From: a virus
IMG/VR virus record: IMGVR_UViG_3300007513_000007
Coordinates: 96,001-160,000 of that record
Direction: 5' to 3' (one strand)
DNA: 64,000 bases
In this document: piece by piece, positions 18,457-29,400 of the stretch
Position numbering within the stretch: position 1 is the first letter of the stretch
Layout: each line of letters opens with the position of its first letter
Program-made: the position numbers and the translations under genes
The notes under the pieces: model-generated
What the model saw: the letters and a program-made list of their open reading frames with translations, nothing else
What the model was told of the DNA's origin: nothing
Database searches by the model: none

Positions 18457-18518
18457 GTTCGTACATTCTCCGATGAAAGCAAGGTGGGGTCACGCCCTAC
18501 CCTACCCCCGCGAACGAT

Positions 18519-18533
18519 ATAGAAAGGCGACCG
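18519..18533 (-). promoter_or_regulatory. class II motif CGGT-N7-CTAT
   Basis: Plus strand reads ATAG-AAAGGCG-ACCG; intergenic, 63 nt upstream of 18456. Confidence 0.75.
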
Positions 18534-18537
18534 GGCA

Positions 18538-18711
18538 TCACTGATTAGATAGCGCCCGAAGTTTTACCTTGGCCTTGGCCTTGGCTTTTTCTGAAGCAGA
18601 GGGGTTGCGAAGGATGGCGCTGAAGTATTTTTGCCTTCCCGCCGCCCACTTGGATGACTGCTCCCGGTTCAAATCCTTGGCCCTGATGATATGTCGAGGT
18701 TCGTCACTCAT
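18538..18711 (-). CDS. small basic protein (57 aa; below the ORF-track cutoff)
   Basis: Hand translation gives MSDEPRHIIRAKDLNREQSSKWAAGRQKYFSAILRNPSASEKAKAKAKVKLRALSNQ*; fills the gap 3 nt after the upstream stop. Confidence 0.65.
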   Translation of the reverse strand: MSDEPRHIIRAKDLNREQSSKWAAGRQKYFSAILRNPSASEKAKAKAKVKLRALSNQ

Positions 18712-18714
18712 GGC

Positions 18715-19506
18715 TTACCCGCTTACCCAGGAATCCACGAAGAGGACGCAGAACCCTAAAAGGACATACTCATTTCTGGGGTGGTTGTTGAGAAAGCACA
18801 CCCGAAGGTTTGCTCCCAGGTTTACAAGATCCGTAGGCTCCAAGTATCCGGCCTGATACCAAGTAGCCCCGTCATCGTTACTCAAATAGGCATCCACCAA
18901 GGCTTCAGCAGGAGTAACGTGTCGAAGAAACCGATAACCGGGCTGATTCCCAAGGTTGACGGTGGAGGATCCGTAGCCTCGGGCTACATCCTCCTGTCGC
19001 GCAACTTCAGCTACCGCGTACCACACCATTCCCTCATCAGTTCCTGCGGGGTCGGTTGTCACGGCTGAAATGTCGATGGTGTCTGTGACGAGAAGCCCCT
19101 TACGGCCTCCAGCAGCACTGTTCCTCTTGAGGAGGGTCACACACCCAGGTGCGTTCCCGCTGGGCGCTCCTACGCCTCTCCCCACCATGCAACGAGGGCC
19201 TGATGCCCCAGCCACAGCCGGAACGGGAGCGCCTGGAGCCAAGTCCAAGGCTACGATGTCAGCCGCTTCAATCAAGAAGTTGTAGTGGATGAACTCATAC
19301 ATCGGATACCGAACCAGCAACTCTTGTGCAGAAAGCCCAGAAAGACCGGCCCCTTGCGGGAGGATCTGGGAGCTTTCAGTGATGCTGACGGCGGCACCGT
19401 CTGGAATAGGAAACGGATAATGGCCGCTCATGTTCGTGTACTCCCCTTGGGGAGTAGCACTCGCTCTCACGATCCGATTGGTCGCCAAATCTACAATAGC
19501 CCTCAT
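18715..19506 (-). CDS. hypothetical protein, probably virion-associated
   Basis: 263-aa ORF with ATGA coupling inside the structural operon. Confidence 0.7.
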   Translation of the reverse strand: MRAIVDLATNRIVRASATPQGEYTNMSGHYPFPIPDGAAVSITESSQILPQGAGLSGLSAQELLVRYPMYEFIHYNFLIEAADIVALDLAPGAPVPAVAGASGPRCMVGRGVGAPSGNAPGCVTLLKRNSAAGGRKGLLVTDTIDISAVTTDPAGTDEGMVWYAVAEVARQEDVARGYGSSTVNLGNQPGYRFLRHVTPAEALVDAYLSNDDGATWYQAGYLEPTDLVNLGANLRVCFLNNHPRNEYVLLGFCVLFVDSWVSG

Positions 19507-20471
19507 TGGTTACCCTTCTTGATGAAGACCTTGGGCGACAACTCTTTCGTGCGGAGAGGAGCCTTCAAGTCGGTTGCAATAGTCTTGGTTGCGACAGCGG
19601 TTACCACCCCTTTCGAGTTGAAGGTAAGCCCCTCTACCGTTGTGGGGACAGCTTGTTCCTCCTTGGCCGCCTTGCGGATCTTGTCGGTCGCCGCCTTACG
19701 GTTGTACTTTCCGTTGTTGATGTAGGTGAGGTGGCCGTAAAGCTCGGGCAACGGGATGTTCTGTGCATGGCCGTCTGCTGTGTAAAGCAAGACGTCCATC
19801 TTGGCCTCGTCTGCCGCGCTCGGGTTCTTCAACTGATCCGGGGTGATGAAAGCCCTGGCACCAGAACCCGCCAACCCTCTGTAAGAGGCTGTGAGATTCG
19901 TATAGTTGCTCGCAAGGCGTCCAAGATGCTGGGGAAGCAACGCATCAATGCGGTTTTTGTTGCCCACAATGCAGAACCCAAAAGGGCACTTGAGAAAGAC
20001 GAGTTCCATCAAGAGCTTGTCTTCTCTCTCGTCGCTATCCCATAGAGCATGGCGGCACGAAACCACAAAGTCCCAGTTTTCCTCGGTTCCCTTGAGGAAC
20101 TCCCAGGTGTTGCCGACCTGAAACACGGGGGAGTTGTTGAACCCCATGCCCCCGGCAAGTGCTTGGGCGCTCTGCACCTGGGGAATGGCAATGTCGATGC
20201 CGCAGTAGGTGATGTCTGGACGAACAGCCGCGATTCGCGAGGCCAGCAACCCTGACCCGCACCCAAGCTCCAAAACCCTGGTAGCTCCCGCAGGAATCTG
20301 GGCGGCGATCTCATCGAAGACCGTCGTGATTTCCCCTTCGGACCACCACCCTGAATCAGTTTTCGGCATCCAACCGTTGCGGACCATGTAGTTGGCAGGC
20401 TCTTTGAGGGCAGCCGAGGAAGACGCCGCAAGGGCGTCCACGATTCTTACGCGGCGTGAAAGTTCAGACAT
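19503..20471 (-). CDS. class I SAM-dependent methyltransferase
   Basis: Motif I VLELGCGSGLL, motif II GIDIA, FQVGN, WDFVVS; no DNA-MTase catalytic motif. Confidence 0.82.
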   Translation of the reverse strand: MSELSRRVRIVDALAASSSAALKEPANYMVRNGWMPKTDSGWWSEGEITTVFDEIAAQIPAGATRVLELGCGSGLLASRIAAVRPDITYCGIDIAIPQVQSAQALAGGMGFNNSPVFQVGNTWEFLKGTEENWDFVVSCRHALWDSDEREDKLLMELVFLKCPFGFCIVGNKNRIDALLPQHLGRLASNYTNLTASYRGLAGSGARAFITPDQLKNPSAADEAKMDVLLYTADGHAQNIPLPELYGHLTYINNGKYNRKAATDKIRKAAKEEQAVPTTVEGLTFNSKGVVTAVATKTIATDLKAPLRTKELSPKVFIKKGNQ

Positions 20472-20489
20472 GGGAAACCTCTACTTGCA

Positions 20490-23400
20490 TCATCCGTTCA
20501 CGTTACCGATGTTCTTGTTGGTGGCATGGCTCCAAGTCAAACCACCATCGAAGTTGTCAGTGGAGGCTGCCATGTCGGTATTGAGGTTGCTGTTGATGAC
20601 AGACGCCGTGAAGTTGGTGTTGAACATGTCTGTCACAACCGCACGGGTTGCCTGATAGTTGACGCAGGAGTTCCCTGTGATGTTCCAGAACTTGAGTTCC
20701 CCTGGCTCCAGAGAAGAAGCAAGCACCAAGCCGTTCCGACCTGCATCCTTGCTCTGGTTGCGAAGACTATTATCAGCGATGGTAAACACGTTCATCGCAG
20801 TGGGGCCGAACATCCCCTCAATGACAAGATCCCCGACGGCACTGATGTCACCACTTCCCGTAGTGGCCGTATTCCCAGCCGTGCTCTCGATACTGTTGCC
20901 GATGAACTGAAACTCTCGTACCGCCGTAGTAGCAAGGCCGGGGCCGACAGCGATGCCCCACTGACCATGACCTCGAACACGGTTATTGTTGAAGCCCCAC
21001 TGAGTCACCTGACCAAGACACACCGCATAAATGCCGACTGTTCCTTGGGCGGTGTCAGGCAGCGGGTTGAGGAAAAGGATCTGGTTACGGCTCACGTCCC
21101 AGAAGTTGCATAGGAAGTTGTCACCACCCCCTCCTGTAACCAAGTCCACCCCCGTGAAATCATTAGTGGGTTCGTGGGTGATCTGGTTGTCACAGACGGA
21201 GAAGTTCCTGAAAATCTGATTCCCGGCCTCCCAGGCAATACCCTTCACCCCTCGATACTGTACGTTGTGAATGGCGTTTCCATCCACCTTCAACCCCACC
21301 CAGTCCACCATGTAGTCCTGAAGAAAGCCTCGGTTCCCCAACCGGATGCCATGCTCGGTGTCGATGATGGAGTTCGTGCAGACGCTTACATTGGTGAAGT
21401 AAGCACCCCCGCTGCTGTTGTCGTGCTGGATATGGACGCCGCCAATGCTTTGGTTTTCAACGGTGTTTCCTTGGATAAGGTTCCCGTCTACCTTGCAGCC
21501 TTCCAACACGTTGAGGGCGTCTGCAACGAAGTTGATCTGACCGTTATCGCTGATACTCACCTTCACAGTAGCATTGGTGCTGATGTTGTTGTCGCAGAGC
21601 GATGCGTTGTACATCGCTCCATACGCATCAACGCGGATTCCTTCATAGGTGTTCTGTCTGACGCTGTTGCCGTCAATGTTGACCAGCGTGCTGGTATCCG
21701 GTGTGAGCAGCCGGATACCGTAACCGAGAGACTGACCCTCCACCTTGTTGATCTGATTCCCCACAACACTGATCTGCGAGATTTGGGACCATGCGTCCAA
21801 GTTCAACACAATCCCAGGCGCGTCGAAGTCGTTACCTCCAACCTGAACCAAGTTGTTGGCGACCCGGACATTCTTGAGAAGGTCCAGTGTCCCGCTTGAC
21901 CCGCTGATCTTGAGTCCACTACAGCTACCGGACCCTCTCGTCCCGCACCGGAGAATGGTGTTTTCAGAGATGTTCCACCCCTGGTCCTTTCCGGCAGTGC
22001 CGCCCTCGGACCCAACCCACAACTCGATACCGGCCTGCCCAGCACCCGTGATGGTGTTGCCTGTCATGTTCAGGTTCTTCCAGGAGTTGCCCTGGGTATG
22101 CTTGAGGTAAATCCCAACAGGGAAGTATTGGGCTGCGGCATCCCCCTCACCCAGTTCCGTTAGGGTGTTGTCGGAAATCGTTACGCCGTTCCCTCCAATA
22201 TCCAAGTAAATCCCGTGACACCCCCTCACCAACTCGTTCCCACGAATGTTGTTGTTAGAGATAGAAGCCCCTTGAAGGCTCGTCAGGTACTGGCCGCCGC
22301 TGGTCGTGCCGATAATCGTGATTGCCAGGAAGGGGTTGACGTTGAACAAGCTGCCTGGGTTGACGTCCCCGACACTGCTGATGATGTTGCCGTCCACTTT
22401 GAGGTTCTTCACAACCTGGACGTTCCCGGTCACACCGTTAGTGAAGTTGCAGTAGATGGCGTGTACGTCATTGATGGGGCGAATCTCGTTGTTCGAGATT
22501 GAAACCCCATCGACATCACCCGCGACACCGTTGAAGTCCACGTCAAAGCTGATTTCGCCGTTCTGGCAGTCGTTGTTTTCAATGACAATGTCTTCGATGT
22601 CGATGCCGCCGCTCGCAGCCGCCTTATGCTCAATCTCAATCTCAATCGCGTGGCCGTTGTCGTCGGTGACGTTGTAGGTCGAGATGAGGCGGTTCCGACA
22701 GATCGACCAGTTAGAGATCGGGTTTGTGTTGGTTTCGTGCCGAAGGCTGAAGGTTCCACCGTCACCCACGCCGCCCCCGCCAGGGGAAGCCGACCTGCCT
22801 CCGAAAGCAGTGTTGTCCTCGATGGTGAGCCTATCGACTGCCACCCCTCGCGTCGTGGCTTGGATCGGCCAGAAGCCTGACGGAATATACGGGAGGTTCC
22901 CGCCTCGAAACATCCAAAGGCGGTTGTTTACGATAGAAATGTCTTGGGCGTCGAGAGCGATCCAAGTAGCTGGGGTAGCGCCGAGGTTTTGCTGGGTCCA
23001 GTAGATGCCCCAAGTGTTCGTCGCAATATCGTTGCCCGCGATAGCGATGTTCTGCATTTTGCTTTCGGGGTACGTCAGGAGGATGCCGGTGTGCAGCCAC
23101 AACGGTTGTGAGAGGTCTCCGTTGTCCCCACCGATTCGGTTGTCCTTGATCTGCACGCCTGTCAGAATGGGTCGATCCGACCCGGCAACAGCCGCCTGAA
23201 GATGGACCCCCACGCCTCCCTGGTTTGCCAGGGCACCCGTAACTTCCGGGATGATGTTGTTGCAGATCGACACTTCTCGCATGGTTGTGTCACCCGTGGG
23301 GTGCATCCAAATCCCGTGGTTGTAAGCCTTGTCGAGAATGTTCCCGTCAATCTTGACGCCTCGAACATTTGCTTCTTCAGCCACTGCCACGCAGATTCCT

Positions 23401-26400
23401 GCCGTATCGGCAACCCCAGTAGTTTCTGCCATGCGGTTTACGGTGTTCCCGCTGATGCTCAAAAGCTGCATACTGAGGGCGTCAACTCCGAGGTAGTCCG
23501 TGGATTCTGCGAAAATGCCGAAACCTTCCACCGTGTTGATCTGGTTGCCGGTAACGACGGTGTCTCGGAGCGCGGCCATGTTCGTGGCCGAGTTCGTGGT
23601 CCACGCCCGGAGGTAGATGCCGGTGCTGGCAATCCCACTATGGGCATAAGACATAAGGTGGCTGATGGTGTTGTTTGCCACCCGCACTTCTTGAAGGTTG
23701 TGATTATAGGTGTCGTCCGAGTTTATACATAGGACTTCAATACCCCTGATTCGGCACACGTCACCGGGCACAGCGACCGTCACGGGGTCGTTATCAATGA
23801 TGTTGTCGGAGATGTTGTACCCCCGCCACTCATAGGTCGATGCTCCAGCCCCGGCCCCGGCCTGGGTGATAAGGACCCTGATGCCTACGCTGACACCGGC
23901 AGCCTTCGAGTACATCTTGTTGATCTGGTTGCCTGTGATGTTCAACTGCTGCGAGTTGAGGGCGCAGACCCCGATTGTGCCCTCATCGCTCCCCGTTATC
24001 CCAACCACACCGCTCAAGGACCGTTGAATACCCATCTCACGAATACTGTTGTTCGACACCACCACCTGCTTGGCGTTGAGGATGCCGATGCCCATAGACG
24101 CTTGATCAGTAAGCGGGACGGTGAAGGCAGGTGTCCAGATGGCACCGCCGCAACATTCGATGGTGTTGCCGGTGATGACATAGTTCTCTGGGGATCCATT
24201 GGAGGAGAAGGGCGATGACCCTTCCACCAGGATGCCGTGAGCACAGGAACTGATGTTGTTCCCGGCGATATTCACTTGCTGGGCTACCAGGGAACCACCA
24301 AGGGACTTTCCACAGAGGATTCCTACTGCGGGACTCTCTCCGGGGGCCGCACTGCTGATGAACCCGTTGATGGTGTTGTCGCGGATTCCAACCTGAAGGT
24401 AGTAGCCTCCAACACGGATAGCGGCGTTCATCATGCCCAGGAGTTGGTTTTCATTGATGTCGAATATCCCGGAGCGGTTGTCGCTCCCTGTCTCGACAAG
24501 CACGCCGTATGCCCCGCCTGTGTTACCCGCGAGGGCGAGCGCACCACCCATATGGAAACTGTTCCGAGAGACCTTCAGGCGAGTGTATTCGCCGTAAAGG
24601 ATGACACCGCCCATAGCCGGAACGCCCGTGGCAAGATTCCCGGCGTTGTCGGTGATAGCCACGTCTTTCGCGGCAAGGCTCCCTGTGTGCATCACAAGGA
24701 ATCCAGGGCACTCCTCAATGGTGTTCCCGGATACCACCAGCCCTTCAACACTGCTCCCGAAGTAAATGCCGCCCCCCGAACCTGCCGTCAGAGGAGCGTG
24801 GACAGTCGTATTGGACCAGTTGGAGAAGCTGTTGCCGGTGATATTCACACTCGAAGCAGCGTGCGACCCCGCGAAGGGAACGTAGGCAATAGCCCAGCCG
24901 TCTGCGGGTGAGGCGTGTGCCGTGTCCAGTGTGCCGTGTCGCTGGATGACGTTGCCCGAGATGAAATGCTCCCGCAAGGGAGCCGAGTTCAAGGAGGTGT
25001 CAAAGAGGACTCCTGAACCGGCAGTCGAGTCCGAAATAATGACGTTGTTATTGATATGAACCCTGTCGGATGCGGAAGTTCCTGCCGGGTTCCAGAAACG
25101 GATCCCGTAGTCACCGTTTTCATTGATGTCGATGTGGTTGTCTTGGATCCAGACTTCTTCACAAGCACCAAGGTCGAAGCCTCGGCTTGCCTTGATGTTG
25201 TTGTTCTCGAACCAAAGGTCGGCAGCGACACCGACCCCCGGCGAGAACTGGACACCAGTGGATGCTGCGGCTGTCGGCAGGGCCACCACGGTACAGCCTC
25301 GAACCCGTCCACTGTTTACATCTTGTCCCGCGATCCCGGTGGTGAGGTAGTTGGAAAAAACGCAATCCTCAATCAGAAGGTTGGGGTAGCCGCCGCCGCT
25401 GGAAAGCAGGTTTACGGGAGTCCCCCACCCGTCCGCGCCGTCGGCGGTAAAGCGGACCCGAGAAATCTTGATGTTCTCTTGCTTTGTGGTCGAGTTGCTG
25501 AAGATGGCAGAGTTGTTCGCAGCGTTTGAGGAAAGGATCTCCAGATCCTTGAACTCGACGTTGTCCTGATCCGTGATGTCGAACAACACAGTCGAGGAGG
25601 ATCCCGGCGCATGTCGAATGACGGCCTCTCCGTCCCCCTCGAAGACAACATGGTGGCGAGGGACCGTGAGGGTGTTGTAGATGACGTGGCGACCTCGAAT
25701 GAGGATCCGGGTCTTTGTCTCCTGATCCGCGAGGCCGTTGTTGTGATAATACTCCATCCAGAACAGGGCAGCGTCGAGAGTAACGAAGCACGATTCGGAC
25801 CAGCTTTGGACGTTCTCCCCTTCCCTGCTGGAATACGCCAGCTTCCGGTCCAGGTCAGCCACGAAGAACCGGGCATCCTGGTAGGTATCAACAGTCGCTC
25901 CGGTTGTTGATACCTTGGCAAGCATGACGTGCTCAACACCGCCCGCATCAATAGGGGGTGGTGGAGCCAGCTTCGACACCATCTGCTCGTAAGTCGCGCT
26001 CGAACTGTCACAATCAACGTAGATGTAGCTGATCTGGTTAGCAGGAAGGGTGATGGTCGCGCCGCCCAACTCGATGACGTGGGCGTTGATAAGAACTGTG
26101 GTGGGATCAACCAGCGTGAGAGTGAGATTCGGTCCAGGAAGAGTAGGGTTGTAGGGGGTGCCGCCAGCCAGGGCGAGTTCTTGGAAGAACCCTCCAGCCA
26201 CCATTCCGTTCATGCGGCCTGCACCAGCACCAGCACAGATTTCCTGTAGAGCGCCCTCAACCTCGTCGGAGGTGTAGCAGTGGCCTGCGTCGTCAATACC
26301 GATGGTCACAGCCATATGGGCACGGCTGGGGTCCACGACGTGAACGCGAAGCGGGTCTACATCCCGTTCCGGGTAACGAAGAGAGTTGTCCTCGACGGTC

Positions 26401-26459
26401 CCCTCGGGAGCCAGACCAGCGCCAACGCCGATAGTACCTGGGTCTACTCTACGGGGCAT
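20490..26459 (-). CDS. giant right-handed parallel beta-helix protein (tailspike/depolymerase-like, 1989 aa)
   Basis: Many I/V-x-x-N-x-I Asn-ladder repeats; N-terminal fibre motif HVVDPSRAH...VEGALQEI; RILIRGRH beta-helix cap region. Confidence 0.85.
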   Translation of the reverse strand: MPRRVDPGTIGVGAGLAPEGTVEDNSLRYPERDVDPLRVHVVDPSRAHMAVTIGIDDAGHCYTSDEVEGALQEICAGAGAGRMNGMVAGGFFQELALAGGTPYNPTLPGPNLTLTLVDPTTVLINAHVIELGGATITLPANQISYIYVDCDSSSATYEQMVSKLAPPPPIDAGGVEHVMLAKVSTTGATVDTYQDARFFVADLDRKLAYSSREGENVQSWSESCFVTLDAALFWMEYYHNNGLADQETKTRILIRGRHVIYNTLTVPRHHVVFEGDGEAVIRHAPGSSSTVLFDITDQDNVEFKDLEILSSNAANNSAIFSNSTTKQENIKISRVRFTADGADGWGTPVNLLSSGGGYPNLLIEDCVFSNYLTTGIAGQDVNSGRVRGCTVVALPTAAASTGVQFSPGVGVAADLWFENNNIKASRGFDLGACEEVWIQDNHIDINENGDYGIRFWNPAGTSASDRVHINNNVIISDSTAGSGVLFDTSLNSAPLREHFISGNVIQRHGTLDTAHASPADGWAIAYVPFAGSHAASSVNITGNSFSNWSNTTVHAPLTAGSGGGIYFGSSVEGLVVSGNTIEECPGFLVMHTGSLAAKDVAITDNAGNLATGVPAMGGVILYGEYTRLKVSRNSFHMGGALALAGNTGGAYGVLVETGSDNRSGIFDINENQLLGMMNAAIRVGGYYLQVGIRDNTINGFISSAAPGESPAVGILCGKSLGGSLVAQQVNIAGNNISSCAHGILVEGSSPFSSNGSPENYVITGNTIECCGGAIWTPAFTVPLTDQASMGIGILNAKQVVVSNNSIREMGIQRSLSGVVGITGSDEGTIGVCALNSQQLNITGNQINKMYSKAAGVSVGIRVLITQAGAGAGASTYEWRGYNISDNIIDNDPVTVAVPGDVCRIRGIEVLCINSDDTYNHNLQEVRVANNTISHLMSYAHSGIASTGIYLRAWTTNSATNMAALRDTVVTGNQINTVEGFGIFAESTDYLGVDALSMQLLSISGNTVNRMAETTGVADTAGICVAVAEEANVRGVKIDGNILDKAYNHGIWMHPTGDTTMREVSICNNIIPEVTGALANQGGVGVHLQAAVAGSDRPILTGVQIKDNRIGGDNGDLSQPLWLHTGILLTYPESKMQNIAIAGNDIATNTWGIYWTQQNLGATPATWIALDAQDISIVNNRLWMFRGGNLPYIPSGFWPIQATTRGVAVDRLTIEDNTAFGGRSASPGGGGVGDGGTFSLRHETNTNPISNWSICRNRLISTYNVTDDNGHAIEIEIEHKAAASGGIDIEDIVIENNDCQNGEISFDVDFNGVAGDVDGVSISNNEIRPINDVHAIYCNFTNGVTGNVQVVKNLKVDGNIISSVGDVNPGSLFNVNPFLAITIIGTTSGGQYLTSLQGASISNNNIRGNELVRGCHGIYLDIGGNGVTISDNTLTELGEGDAAAQYFPVGIYLKHTQGNSWKNLNMTGNTITGAGQAGIELWVGSEGGTAGKDQGWNISENTILRCGTRGSGSCSGLKISGSSGTLDLLKNVRVANNLVQVGGNDFDAPGIVLNLDAWSQISQISVVGNQINKVEGQSLGYGIRLLTPDTSTLVNIDGNSVRQNTYEGIRVDAYGAMYNASLCDNNISTNATVKVSISDNGQINFVADALNVLEGCKVDGNLIQGNTVENQSIGGVHIQHDNSSGGAYFTNVSVCTNSIIDTEHGIRLGNRGFLQDYMVDWVGLKVDGNAIHNVQYRGVKGIAWEAGNQIFRNFSVCDNQITHEPTNDFTGVDLVTGGGGDNFLCNFWDVSRNQILFLNPLPDTAQGTVGIYAVCLGQVTQWGFNNNRVRGHGQWGIAVGPGLATTAVREFQFIGNSIESTAGNTATTGSGDISAVGDLVIEGMFGPTAMNVFTIADNSLRNQSKDAGRNGLVLASSLEPGELKFWNITGNSCVNYQATRAVVTDMFNTNFTASVINSNLNTDMAASTDNFDGGLTWSHATNKNIGNVNG

Positions 26460-26463
26460 CTCT

Positions 26464-29400
26464 TTACTCCGAGGCCAAAATGGTCATGCCCTGTGTGCGG
26501 TAAACGCCAACACAGGTGCGGTTGTCTGTTTCGGTGAAACGAATGGTGTTGTTCTCATCAAGCACGGCGTATCGAGTAACAACCAAGAGAAGGACTTCGT
26601 TCTCCCTCCACATGGTGGCTCCTGGAACGCCGTCCAAACCACTCTTCACCCGTGCCAGGAAGGGGAAGCTCACTTTGTGGGTAGAAACCCCGGACAAAGG
26701 CTGGGTCATCGCCGTTGGACGGTAAGAGCCGGTATCCGACACCTTGTAGTGGGACCGGAACTCGGTATCCATGTCAGGCATCCTGAAAGTGAACTCCTGC
26801 GTTCCGTCAACGGCCACCATTTGATGCAGGTTCAAAAGGCCCACGTCGGCATCGAAGTCCATCACTGAAATATCGGCAGTTGCCTGAAGCACCCATTCAC
26901 CGGGGAAGTCCGCTGCGGGGGTGTCGTTGTTTACCGGAATCTGATCCGAGGGGTTCAGGTAAGGGAATGGAACATCCACGGAACCCACTGAAACGGTGTT
27001 GGTCCAAAGGTCACGGGACATCACCAAAGGTTCAACCGTGATGTCTTCAGGGAGGCTTGTGAGGCCCGCCTTACTGCCTGCCGTCTGTTCGGCCATTGTT
27101 CGGTAGTACACGGCAAGCTGGTATCCGTAAGCGGCACCAGAGTTGGGAAGGGGGTCTTGGGGGAACCAGCTAACTTGGCAGAGCGTGGAACCGGCATTGG
27201 TGAACGGAACCGAAGGAGCAGGTCCCGTGGTGTCCAACACGACCCTGCGTAGCGAGGAACCATAAGTAGTGTTGCCGTTGTCCGGGTTGCAAGGGGTCCC
27301 TGCGATCAAATCACTGACGGTTACCTCCGTGTTCTTTGACCCGTACATGCGCCGAGGAACGTAGACTGTAGCGGGGTCAGCAGACACCAAGACATCTGTG
27401 TAGGCGCTCGCTGCTGCTCCGTTATTGCAAGCATATTCCCAGTTCACTTCGCGGTGAGAGGGACGGAACAACGGAGGCAGTTGTTCCTGCCAGTCTGGAG
27501 GCCGTTCCGTGACGGGTCCGGTCTCGATGGCGGGTCCGTATTCGTAGACGCCAACCGAGGTAGGTGCGTCTGGAATCACGGAATCATCGTTGATGTCCAA
27601 CCACGGGGTGTCTGAAGTTCCAACCCCCACAGGATACGCCACCTCAAGCTCTACAAAGATACGTCGAGGACTCCCGTCATCAGTAGCCGAGCCAAGGTTT
27701 GCTACCATCTGTACATGGGCCGGGTCCCGTGCCGGGTTCCCCCCGCCATCAGCAGAAGTAGGGTTGGGGTCCAGGGTGATCTGGATGTAGTCCGTCCCAA
27801 GACCCGTGACCGTCTTGATCTGGACCTCCTGGCTTGTGGCTGCGCTCGATAGTCCGTCATCGTGCCTAATGGTCTTGATTCCGGTGATCATCGTCCCGGA
27901 GGGGAAGAAGTTGGAGACATGGCCTCCTGTACCGCCGTGGTAAGTGGCGGTGGCTTCATCCCAGGTCCCATCCCCAGTGGCGTTCAGGTCACCCAAGTCA
28001 ATATGGATGACATCGTTCTCGCCCCAGCCATTGGGCTGGCTTACTGCGTCTGCTTTGACCACAAAGTGGCCCGGTTGGGTGATCGTCGTGAACGTGGGAG
28101 ATACCGGAATCACGCGGTATTCAACCACCGGCTGGTCCGCGAATCTTCGACGGACATGGTCGAAGTTGGCGATGAAGTTTCCTCGGTTCGTGTCGCCTGA
28201 TTCAGTGGGATGGCCTCCCTCTGCGTCGGAACGACCAACCTCGTTGCAGACCATGTATTTCCAGCTAACGTCGCCGGAACCCCCGCCCATCGCGCCTGAC
28301 TTGTCGCCTGAATCAATCGCCCAAGTGCCCAAGCTGTTGTCGAGGAGCCGGTTCATCTGGCGCTCAAGTTCAGCTTTGAGGTCCAGGCCAGCCGGGTAGG
28401 TGTTCTTCCTCAAATCAAGGAAGTCGGTGTAGACAATGACATCATGAAAGAAGCCATCGGGACGATCTGACTCGTCAGCTTCGATGGTTCCAATCACAGG
28501 GTTTACAAAGACTGGGTGGGTGTACGGTAGAGCGCCGTTGGTGTTGTCCAGAGGATCAAACCCGACCATCCCGAGGGCTGCGCCGTCGTAGGCGTCGTTT
28601 CGCCTGAACACGAATCCAATAGGGATGGCGTATACATAGCCGTCCACAGTGCCCAGATCAGCCGCAGCGGTGCTGCTTCCGTCACCTGCTACCCAAAGGC
28701 CAGGGTCGCGGATGTCGTAGGCCACCGCGCTGCTGTTATCGATCACCGAAGTCATGTCGGCTTTCACGAACGGGTAGAGGGCTACACCTGCTGCTTGTGT
28801 CCCTTGAGCGAGCACGTTGGGGTTAGAGAAACCGTCCTGCTGCGTCTTGAAGTTGATAGCATCCGACACCCCGGAAGCCCTGATGCGGTACTGCCACTGA
28901 ACCCTCGCGGCGGTTTCTGTCCCGATAGTAGGGTCAGCAATCCGGTCAGCGAGGTTCGTGGATACAGGAGATTGGACGTTTCCGTGTCGATACAGGCTGG
29001 CCTGTGTGGGCTTGTTGGGGGTGTCCGCACCTCCCGCAAAAGTGGTCGGGCCTGCAAAGCCGTTTACGGTCATGCAACCGGCATTTGTGAGGACGAGGCT
29101 CAGGGTGACAGCATTTCCGGCTGCTCCTGCCAAAGCATCCACCACTCGAAGGTCTACCTCTGCGGGATTAGAAACATCGACCTGTGCCGTGCAAGTACCC
29201 GCAAAGCCGTTTACCGGGTCCAGGATGGCGTCTCGCATGTTGGCGGCGGCGTCGTTGGCGTTGGCACCCAGATTGAACTCATTGAGTCCTGGAGCGCCTG
29301 CTGTTGCCGTAAGGGCCAAACCGTTGATGACCACCTGATCACCGGCAACCATGTCGGCCCAGGTCACAACCTCAACGGTCGCAGAGGCACGAGGGGAATG

